Assembly: GCA_934098395.1 (NCBI GenBank)
Contig: CAKOOM010000002.1
Location: forward strand, 264,784 to 296,783
Reading direction: 5' to 3'
Origin: an uncultured Bacilli bacterium
GTDB lineage: Bacteria; Bacillota_I; Bacilli_A; RF39; UBA660
DNA length: 32,000 bases
A program made the translations under genes and the position numbers. Positions 8,137 through 15,497 of this stretch are shown here, piece after piece (position 1 is the first letter of the stretch; each line of letters opens with the position of its first letter). Under the pieces are notes generated by a model. It saw only the letters and a program-made list of their open reading frames with translations, searched no databases and was not told the DNA's origin.

Positions 8137-8780
8137 TCTATTTCTTTCAAACCATTTTTCTTTAAAAAATTATTAGTTTTAGAGAATGGCTTACTTCCAA
8201 AGAAGCCATTGTTTGCAGAAAATGGACTAGGATGTGGGGATGAGATAATTAAATGTTTAGGATTAGTTATATACTTAGCTTTGGCTTTAGCAAAATTTCC
8301 CCATAATATGAATACTACAGGGGTTTCTGATTCATTGATTTTTTTTATTATATTATCGGTAAATTCTTCCCAACCGACAAATTTATGACTAGCTGGTTTA
8401 TCTTTTTCAACGGTTAGAACACTGTTTAGAAGTAAGACGCCTTGCTTGGCCCAATCAGTTAAATCGGTATTGGTTCTTTTTATACCTAAATCATCGTAGA
8501 GTTCTTTATATATATTATTTAATGATGGGGGCATTTTTACTCCTTGATTAACTGAGAAACACATACCATTGGCTTCCCCTTCACCATGGTATGGGTCTTG
8601 TCCTAATATTACTACGGATGTATCTTTATATGGTGTCATTCTTAGAGCAAAAAATACTCTATTTGCTTGTGGAAAAATTGTTTTAGTAAGATACTCGTGT
8701 CTTACTATTCTTTTTATTTTTTGAAAATATTCGGAATTATATTCGTCTTTTAAAACTATATCCCAATCGTTACCTATCAT
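8130..8780 (-). CDS. ung: Uracil-DNA glycosylase (family 1)
   Basis: It carries the GQDPYHG, HPSPFSA and LLLNSVLTV motifs. Confidence 0.9.
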   Translation of the reverse strand: MIGNDWDIVLKDEYNSEYFQKIKRIVRHEYLTKTIFPQANRVFFALRMTPYKDTSVVILGQDPYHGEGEANGMCFSVNQGVKMPPSLNNIYKELYDDLGIKRTNTDLTDWAKQGVLLLNSVLTVEKDKPASHKFVGWEEFTDNIIKKINESETPVVFILWGNFAKAKAKYITNPKHLIISSPHPSPFSANNGFFGSKPFSKTNNFLKKNGLKEIEW

Positions 8781-8789
8781 AGTTACCTC

Positions 8790-9209
8790 TTAATTGTAAT
8801 TTTTTGGACATGAGTCATTATCAGTCTTGTTTTCAATTGTTAGTTTTCCATCTTCATATTTGACTGCTATCACACATTCTCCAATATCTACATTATCTTT
8901 AGGGTTGAAAATTTTCATTTTGTTATCTTTGGTACTACCATTACCTTTTAGGTAGCCATAATTAACTAATTCTTGTAATTTTACAGTATCTTTACATTTA
9001 ATACCAGTATTATTCGAATATTTACATTCCTGATAGTAAGTTTCCGATGCATCTTTGATGTTTTTTATAAGTAGTTTATAATTTTTTTCTTTAGCACTAT
9101 TAATAATATTTGTTATGGCATAAGCACTAATAGATACGACTAATGCCAAGACAACAATAGTGGCAATTAATTCTACTAAGGTAAAACCTTTTTTGTTTAA
9201 TTTTTCCAT
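8790..9209 (-). CDS. Prepilin-type N-terminal cleavage/methylation domain protein (orphan type IV pilin-like)
   Basis: MEKLNKKG/FTLVELIATIVVLALVV. The track start at 9218 is a GTG lying inside the AGGTGA RBS. The ATG at 9209 sits 5 nt after that RBS. Confidence 0.75.
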   Translation of the reverse strand: MEKLNKKGFTLVELIATIVVLALVVSISAYAITNIINSAKEKNYKLLIKNIKDASETYYQECKYSNNTGIKCKDTVKLQELVNYGYLKGNGSTKDNKMKIFNPKDNVDIGECVIAVKYEDGKLTIENKTDNDSCPKNYN

Positions 9210-9226
9210 ATTATTCACCTAATTTA

Positions 9227-9255
9227 ATTATACGAAATTTCTTAGAAAAAGTCTA
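9227..9255 (-). promoter_or_regulatory. Putative promoter of the pilin-ung-hemW-mscS-HD-prs-pilin unit
   Basis: On the minus strand, TAGACT (9255-9250) is separated by 17 nt from TATAAT (9232-9227), about 18 nt upstream of the ATG at 9209. Confidence 0.4.
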
Positions 9256-9338
9256 TAGTAATATTTGTCAAACTGAGGAACCAATAAAATTATTTTAATT
9301 ATATGAAAAAAAGATTAATAAGTTATGCTTGATACTTA

Positions 9339-9938
9339 TTAGATCTCTTTTTTTAATTCTTTAATTTCATCTAGAGATAGTCCAGTTATTTCTTTTATTG
9401 AATCAATATCGATATTCTTCTCAAGCATTTTTTTGGCAGTGGAAATTTTGTTTTGTTCTATACCTTTTTCAATAAAAGAATTTTTCAATAATCTTTCTTC
9501 ATCTTCATCAGATAAATATTTTACAAAGTCATCGTTATTATTTAATTTTAAGGCTTCATTTTTTAGTTTATCCATAATCTTATCTCCTTTAAAATTGGTT
9601 AATTTTTCATAATCCATATCGAGCATACCTAATATACTCATCTTTTTTTCATTATAACATAACTCTGTAGTTTTTTTAATGTTTATTTCATAAATTTCTA
9701 AATTATCAATAAAATATTTATTATTTTCTTTATCATATAATTTGTATAAAGAAAATAATGGTAGTGAACTAGTTGCAGTTGTTAAATTTATTTGAATAAA
9801 ACGTGTCATTTTTTGATAACTTTCTCCGATATTTAAAGAATCACTATATCTTTTAAAAATATATCCAGCGTTTCTTCTCCTTAAAAAAGTATCTGCATAT
9901 GAATTTAGTTCGATGTTTACTTCACCGGTTTTTGTCAT
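9339..9938 (-). CDS. Rpn-family recombination-promoting nuclease / PD-(D/E)XK 'transposase', 5'-truncated remnant (probable pseudogene)
   Basis: The C-terminus ...NIDIDSIKEITGLSLDEIKELKKEI is typical of the family. The core-like LDILV..K.GEVNIELN straddles the first ATG. The frame stays open upstream to a TAA at 10056-10058 with no start codon in between. Confidence 0.5.
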   Translation of the reverse strand: MTKTGEVNIELNSYADTFLRRRNAGYIFKRYSDSLNIGESYQKMTRFIQINLTTATSSLPLFSLYKLYDKENNKYFIDNLEIYEINIKKTTELCYNEKKMSILGMLDMDYEKLTNFKGDKIMDKLKNEALKLNNNDDFVKYLSDEDEERLLKNSFIEKGIEQNKISTAKKMLEKNIDIDSIKEITGLSLDEIKELKKEI

Positions 9939-10065
9939 TACTAAAATATCTAGAGTTTTACCTTTTAAATGGATTATATGATATTTTGAAGTATTATATT
10001 TATAGATTGATATATTTGCTATACAATAATGATTCTCATTATATATAAAGGAAGATTAAAATTAT

Positions 10066-10096
10066 ACAAATAAAAATTTAGAATAAAATTCTAAAT
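10066..10096 (-). terminator. Rho-independent terminator of the AAA/vWA operon
   Basis: A 9-bp stem forms between atttagaat (10076-10084) and attctaaat (10088-10096) with a 3-nt loop. On the minus strand it is followed by UUUUUAUUU. It starts 8 nt after the stop at 10104. Confidence 0.55.
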
Positions 10097-10103
10097 CTTT
10101 ATT

Positions 10104-11549
10104 TTATCTTGACATTCCTTTTGTTTCATTAGTCATTTGATAATTATATAGTCTTTCAAGTTGTTCATCGTCTACATGAATTACTTTACCACCTTTAGGA
10201 TTAATTCTTTTACCACCAAAAACTATCCATATTGCAACAAGTGGCATATCTGGCATTGAAGCTTCACCATCAGTAAAAATTATTTTATTTTCAACTCGTC
10301 TTGAGAAAGCACCTACAGCAACGTCGAAGTCGGTACCTCCTCCACCTTCAAATTGCATCTTTTCTATATCTTCTTCTGTTCTAATTTCATGAAATCCATA
10401 AAATTCTGTATCAAAACATCCAACTTTTAATTTAGTATGTTGTAATATATTTTTACATTCTCTTAAAAAGTTCTTTAATAATACTTCATTTATTGAGCCG
10501 CTTGTATCAAGAACAATTTCAGTTTCTGGCATTGGTTGTTCTTCTAAATTAGCACTAACTACACCATCTTCTAATGTTGCATTTTTATAAGACCAATCAA
10601 CATCATACTTAATTGTTTCTCTTAAAACATAACGCCAATCAATTAATGGTTTAGCAGTACCTATATCATTAACTGTTCTAATATCTCTATTCGTTGATGT
10701 ACCAGCCTGTGATGCTTGTTTTGAAATTGCCTCTTTTAATTCTTCTAGTTGTTTTTTCTTATCTTTAAGGTTCTTTTTAAAAGCATCTTTTTCTCCCATA
10801 CTTTCAAGTTCTTCCTGTTTCTTTTCAAGTTCAGTTTTCTCTTTATCTTTTTTATCTTTTCCTAATAATTTATCTAATAAATTCTCTTTTTTATCAGTTT
10901 TTTCTTGTTGTTCTTTATGTTTTTTTACTGCTTGTTCCCACATACTGTGAGTATCATGCCCAACATCTTGCTTTGATTTATCTTCTTTTTGTGAATTTTT
11001 CTCAGATTCACCACCACTTTGTTCTCCATCACTACTTTGCTGTTTATTTTCTTGATTTCGTTCTTGATTTTGTGTTTCTCTATTCTCTTGTTGTGATTGA
11101 GGTTGTTGTTGATTTTGTTGACTATTACCTTGTCCACTTTGTTGTTGTCCTTGTTGTTTTTCTTGTAATAATTTTTCATATAATTGTTCAGCATCATAAT
11201 TAATAGCTTCTGCCATATCAACACCACCCGGTGCCATTTTTAAACCATCTCGTTTTAAAAATTGATTAATAACACCATCAGTAGCAATATTCCATAATTC
11301 ATGATCCTTACCTTCACTTCTTAATATATGATTGAATGCAATATGACATACTTCATGGGCAAATATAAAAGTTTGTTCCTCAACACTTAATCCCTCTAAA
11401 TATTCCTGATTATAATATATTGTTTCTCCATCTGTACCTGCAACTGGTATATCTTTTTTTTCTTTATAACCGACACTTGCTACTACGCTCCCAAAAAAAG
11501 GATATTTAACAAGCATTTTTCTTTTTAATGCTGCTATATCATATTTCAT
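10104..11549 (-). CDS. Zincin metallopeptidase (HExxH) + low-complexity linker + vWA (MIDAS) domain protein, DUF2201-type architecture
   Basis: The N-terminal part has FIFAHEVCHIAFNH and WNIATDGVINQFL. The middle ~150 aa are Q/E/K/D-rich. The C-terminal part has IVLDTSGSI (DxSxS), GGGGTDFD and IIFTDGEA, which together form a complete MIDAS. Confidence 0.8.
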   Translation of the reverse strand: MKYDIAALKRKMLVKYPFFGSVVASVGYKEKKDIPVAGTDGETIYYNQEYLEGLSVEEQTFIFAHEVCHIAFNHILRSEGKDHELWNIATDGVINQFLKRDGLKMAPGGVDMAEAINYDAEQLYEKLLQEKQQGQQQSGQGNSQQNQQQPQSQQENRETQNQERNQENKQQSSDGEQSGGESEKNSQKEDKSKQDVGHDTHSMWEQAVKKHKEQQEKTDKKENLLDKLLGKDKKDKEKTELEKKQEELESMGEKDAFKKNLKDKKKQLEELKEAISKQASQAGTSTNRDIRTVNDIGTAKPLIDWRYVLRETIKYDVDWSYKNATLEDGVVSANLEEQPMPETEIVLDTSGSINEVLLKNFLRECKNILQHTKLKVGCFDTEFYGFHEIRTEEDIEKMQFEGGGGTDFDVAVGAFSRRVENKIIFTDGEASMPDMPLVAIWIVFGGKRINPKGGKVIHVDDEQLERLYNYQMTNETKGMSR

Positions 11550-11559
11550 AACTTACACC

Positions 11560-11952
11560 TCAAATTCGTGCAACTAATGAAAATATTTCTTCACTTATTT
11601 TATCTTTATTTATTTCATTTGCAGTAACAATTATTACACAGCTTTTAGGTAATTCAAATGTAGATATTTTCCTATGTTCTAATAATTCACAAAACTTTAA
11701 TTGTTCTTCTTTAGAAATCGAATCAATTTTATCAATTACTAATATTCTACTAGCATTTGTACTTAATATTTCATTAAGCCATTTAGGAGGCATAAAATCT
11801 ACTCCATCATAATGACCATTTAACTCTTTAACATCAACAGTGGCAGGTACTAGAACTGCACCATTCAAATCCTTACCAGATATAAAGTCAACTAATATTG
11901 GTGCAACATTTGCTTTAATATATGATAACAATATTTCTTTCTTATTTTCCAT
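11560..11952 (-). CDS. Small AAA+-like protein without a Walker A P-loop (degenerate ATPase subunit or adaptor)
   Basis: RILVIDKIDSISKEEQLKFCELLEHRK....LPKSCVIIVTAN looks like Walker B through sensor-1 of a MoxR-type fold. There is no GxxxxGK[ST]. Its start shares one nucleotide with the upstream stop (TA-A-TG at 11952). Confidence 0.5.
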   Translation of the reverse strand: MENKKEILLSYIKANVAPILVDFISGKDLNGAVLVPATVDVKELNGHYDGVDFMPPKWLNEILSTNASRILVIDKIDSISKEEQLKFCELLEHRKISTFELPKSCVIIVTANEINKDKISEEIFSLVARI

Positions 11953-13886
11953 TATCTTCTTATACCTCCTTCAGGCATTTCAGCAAGCTTTGCTTCTGCA
12001 AGTCTTTCTAATTTACTTTCATCACCATGTGTCCATAAAGCATCAAAAATTGCACCAAACTCTGCTCCTAATCCTGTAACGAATCTTCTAACTTTTTCTA
12101 AATTATCATCATCTACCTGTGTTAATCCCATAGTTGTTGCATATCTTTCAGCAGTATTTAATACTTGTATATCTCTATTGGTATAATTTCCATTTATTAC
12201 ATCGTCTAATGTTATTACTTGTTGATTACAAAATTCAACAAATTCTCTTGTTATATCTTCACCTACTAATGCCCTTAACATTTCTGGACTTCCTGTTGCA
12301 TAAAGCATTTTAGAAGCCATTTCCCATTTTCTAGGATCAGCATTAGGTTTCTCACCATCATACTTACTTCTTAATGTTTCACCCTTCTTATAAGCAATAT
12401 AAGAATAAATTGCTGGATGTATATTATGTTCACTTGCCCACTTTAACCAACCTTCGGTTGTTGTTTTAATATATACATGAGCAAATCTATTAAATAATGG
12501 TTCTGCTAACTGATTTGCAGCAAGTGAATCTTTCATATCATTTCCTGCTGCTACAATTCTAGCATTCTCTGGTAATTTCCAAATACCATTTACTTCTCTA
12601 TCTAAAACTATATTAAACGCTATACCTTGAATACTTGGTAGTGCATTTGTTATTTCATCAAAGAATACTACATGAAGTCTATCTGGTTCCTTTTCACATT
12701 TTTCTTGTAATTTCTTAAGCCATGTTGGTGGAACATCCATCATTTCTCCTGTTGATCCATTATATACACTTTTACCATTTAAACTTTCTGGTGTCGCATT
12801 ACGAAGATATATTATTTCGCAAGTAGGATCTATTTGTTTTACTCTTGCAGATTTACCCTCTGATGAAGGACCATGCAAGAATACTGCTACACCACTTTCT
12901 ATTGCTCCTCTTATGATTTCTTCTTCACTTACTTGCCCAAATTTTAAACCATAGGGGTTTCTTCTTTCAGCTTGTTTTTGTTCTTCTTCAAATTGAGCTT
13001 TTTCTTCTGGTGTCATATTTTTAACACGAGTAAATGTTACAGTTTGAGTTAAATCTCGAAGCATATATCTATCAAGATATTCTTTCATTTCTGTTCTATC
13101 AAAATCACCTTTATAATTAGTTCTTTCATCAAGAAATCTTATACCAGAAACCAATCCTTTTTTTGAAATTAAAATTCCTGTTCTATCATCTATCAACCAT
13201 TTAACCGGTGACACTTCTATCCAAACATAATCACCATTTCTATATTCAATGCCATTTGAAAGCTTGAATTTTTTGTCACAAAAATAAGAGTTAGCTTTTA
13301 TGCGAATATATCTCTTTCCATAATATTCGTATTCTTCATAAGTTACAGGTTTAAATCCTGTATCAAAGTCTTTATAGTCTACAGAATCAAATGTGTAACT
13401 TTTTCCCGTTTTATTCATTCCTCTATTATATTCTGACTCTAGTATATTTTGCATTCTTAAATCAGCGGCGTTTTGAGGATATTCTCCATATTCTACTTCT
13501 TCTGTTCCATTGTATCCCCTCACTCTATTTTGAGAGATTTGGGAAAAAATTATAGAAGATTTCAAAGCTGGGCGAACAGCAATATGGCGGCAAAACTCAC
13601 GTTGACTGCGCCTACGACCATTCTCATCGACCACGCGAACATCTTTACGGTCATCATCAGATCTAGTCCAAAACCAACTAGTTCTACCAGTTAAAGATCT
13701 ATCTTCATCTATATTATAATCAGTATTTTCACATAAATAACTACCTGTTAAAATACATAAATCTGTAATTGCGGCTTTTATTCCATATTTTCTAATTACA
13801 TCTAATTGAGGTTCACTACTGTTTCCCAAAATTTGTCCTTCAGATAATAAAGTTAAATCTTGACTATTCATTTTAATCATCACCAC
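11952..13886 (-). CDS. AAA+ ATPase (MoxR/AAA_5-like) fused to a ~330-aa unassigned N-terminal region
   Basis: It has Walker A LHGPSSEGKS, Walker B HVVFFDEITNA, sensor-1 RIVAAGN and EPLFNRFAHV. The track start at 13886 is a GTG. The ATG at 13880 or at 13871 (preceded by GGTGA) is the likelier start. Confidence 0.8.
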   Translation of the reverse strand: MVMIKMNSQDLTLLSEGQILGNSSEPQLDVIRKYGIKAAITDLCILTGSYLCENTDYNIDEDRSLTGRTSWFWTRSDDDRKDVRVVDENGRRRSQREFCRHIAVRPALKSSIIFSQISQNRVRGYNGTEEVEYGEYPQNAADLRMQNILESEYNRGMNKTGKSYTFDSVDYKDFDTGFKPVTYEEYEYYGKRYIRIKANSYFCDKKFKLSNGIEYRNGDYVWIEVSPVKWLIDDRTGILISKKGLVSGIRFLDERTNYKGDFDRTEMKEYLDRYMLRDLTQTVTFTRVKNMTPEEKAQFEEEQKQAERRNPYGLKFGQVSEEEIIRGAIESGVAVFLHGPSSEGKSARVKQIDPTCEIIYLRNATPESLNGKSVYNGSTGEMMDVPPTWLKKLQEKCEKEPDRLHVVFFDEITNALPSIQGIAFNIVLDREVNGIWKLPENARIVAAGNDMKDSLAANQLAEPLFNRFAHVYIKTTTEGWLKWASEHNIHPAIYSYIAYKKGETLRSKYDGEKPNADPRKWEMASKMLYATGSPEMLRALVGEDITREFVEFCNQQVITLDDVINGNYTNRDIQVLNTAERYATTMGLTQVDDDNLEKVRRFVTGLGAEFGAIFDALWTHGDESKLERLAEAKLAEMPEGGIRR

Positions 13887-14081
13887 AATTATATTTTACC
13901 ATAAATATAATGATTAAGTAAAGTAAGTAAATATTAATTTAAATTTAATAAATATTAATTATTTGGAATGCTTTAAGTATAGTAATTGAAAAACTGTTAT
14001 ATTATTTATGTGGATAATTGTAGATTATTAAATATTCTCAATAAATTTGTTTGGATTTTGAATTAATTAATTTTATTGTTT

Positions 14082-14111
14082 AAAAAAACTTTACAAAAAA
14101 CATGTAAAGTT
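14082..14111 (-). terminator. Rho-independent terminator of the tsaEB-rimI-tsaD operon
   Basis: On the minus strand the arms aactttaca and tgtaaagtt pair across a 7-nt loop and are followed by UUUUU. The hairpin begins directly after the tsaD stop. Confidence 0.6.
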
Positions 14112-15125
14112 TTATTTTTCATTATATAGTGAATCTACGGCGACGGCATTTTGTTCTAGATTACCTATTATACCTTTTTGATATGCATAATAGGCAGCTG
14201 CGCCGATCATTGCAGCATTATCAGTGCAGTATTCGATTCTTGGATATCGAAAATCGATGTTTTCTAAAGATGTAGCTTCGGATAATTTTTCTCTTAGATA
14301 GCTATTGGCAGCAACACCACCTGCTAATAAAAGATTTTCAACACCATATTCTTGGATGGCTTTCATTGTTTTTTTAACAATAATATGAACTACTCTATCT
14401 TGAAAAGACTTACACATATCTTCAACGCGAATAGGATTTCCTCTTTGTTCTTCATTATGAACTAAGTTTACTACGGCTGATTTAATTCCACTAAAACTAA
14501 AATTATAACTATCATCATCTAGTGGCATTGGTAGATCGTAGGTATCTTTTCCTAATTTGGATAACTTGTCTACTTTAGGTCCTCCAGGATAATCAAGATG
14601 ACAAATTTTAGCTACTTTGTCGTAGGCTTCTCCAACGGCATCATCTAATGTTGAACCAATTCTTTTAAATGAGTAATCTTCTTTCATATAGACAAGATCG
14701 GTATGGCCTCCAGACACGACTAAGGCAATTAATGGAAATGATAATCTTTTTTCTAAATTATTAGCATAAATATGACCGGCAATATGATGAACTGGAATTA
14801 GAGGTTTTCCGGTTACTAGAGATATTGTCTTAGCACATTGAAGGCCTATTAATAATGAACCGATTAATCCAGGACCATAAGTTACTCCGATAATATCTAT
14901 TTCGTCCATAGTCATTTTACTTCTTTGAAATAATTCGTCTAGCACGATTGTAATGTTTTCAATGTGACTACGACTAGCTATTTCGGGAACTACTCCGCCA
15001 AATTCTTTATGAATATCGATTTGAGTATTAGTTACTGTACATATTTCTTCGATACCATTTTTGATAATACTCATGCTAGTTTCGTCACATGATGATTCGA
15101 TTGCTAAGCAATATATATCTTTCAT
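14112..15125 (-). CDS. tsaD: tRNA N6-adenosine threonylcarbamoyltransferase TsaD
   Basis: LAIESSCDETS, HIAGHIYA, VSGGHT and LAGGVAAN are characteristic Kae1/TsaD motifs. Confidence 0.95.
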   Translation of the reverse strand: MKDIYCLAIESSCDETSMSIIKNGIEEICTVTNTQIDIHKEFGGVVPEIASRSHIENITIVLDELFQRSKMTMDEIDIIGVTYGPGLIGSLLIGLQCAKTISLVTGKPLIPVHHIAGHIYANNLEKRLSFPLIALVVSGGHTDLVYMKEDYSFKRIGSTLDDAVGEAYDKVAKICHLDYPGGPKVDKLSKLGKDTYDLPMPLDDDSYNFSFSGIKSAVVNLVHNEEQRGNPIRVEDMCKSFQDRVVHIIVKKTMKAIQEYGVENLLLAGGVAANSYLREKLSEATSLENIDFRYPRIEYCTDNAAMIGAAAYYAYQKGIIGNLEQNAVAVDSLYNEK

Positions 15126-15143
15126 ATTGTCACCTCTTTATAT

Positions 15144-15497
15144 TTACATTATTTGTTTTTCCATTAATATACCATCTTCATCGCCATAATAATATTTTCT
15201 TAGGGCTACTTCACGAAAACCAAACTTTTTATATAAGTTTTTAGCTATTTCGTTACTTACTCTAACTTCTAGAGTTATATTTATTACTCTTAAGTTAATA
15301 GCTTCATTTACTAGATAAGCCATTAATTTAGTACCTATTCCCTGTCCTCTTGATTCGATATTTACTTGAACGTTATCTATTTCAATACGATCATATATTA
15401 GAGAGTATTCAAGAAAACCAAGAGAAATATCGTCTTCGTAATATTCGATTCTTCTTCCAAAGGGATTGGAGGTAGATGTATCAATTTCTTTTATCAT
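15144..15497 (-). CDS. rimI: GNAT acetyltransferase, RimI-like (short)
   Basis: It has the acetyl-CoA motif RGQGIGTKLM and sits between tsaB and tsaD. Confidence 0.7.
   Translation of the reverse strand: MIKEIDTSTSNPFGRRIEYYEDDISLGFLEYSLIYDRIEIDNVQVNIESRGQGIGTKLMAYLVNEAINLRVINITLEVRVSNEIAKNLYKKFGFREVALRKYYYGDEDGILMEKQIM

Noticed and set aside
9339-10103. An intact IS or transposon carrying the Rpn-like gene
   Set aside because: The gene lacks its 5' part. By eye I found no terminal inverted repeats or target-site duplications around it.
10925-11227. 100-aa minus-strand ORF and 76-aa plus-strand ORF (10973-11203) inside the vWA gene
   Set aside because: Both are alternative frames of the Q/E/K-rich repetitive linker DNA. 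Open frames there follow from the biased composition. The long frame carries the zincin and MIDAS motifs.
10104-13886. Prophage or restriction-modification (McrBC-like) interpretation of the AAA operon
   Set aside because: There are no phage structural or integrase genes, no McrC-type nuclease partner and no methyltransferase. The partner protein has vWA/MIDAS and zincin motifs, which point to a MoxR-vWA-type module instead.
13887-14081. att-like direct repeats flanking the AAA/vWA insert (compared with 9219-9338 and 9939-10103)
   Set aside because: I could not find a convincing shared repeat by eye in these very AT-rich spacers. This needs a computed alignment. I make no integrase/att claim.
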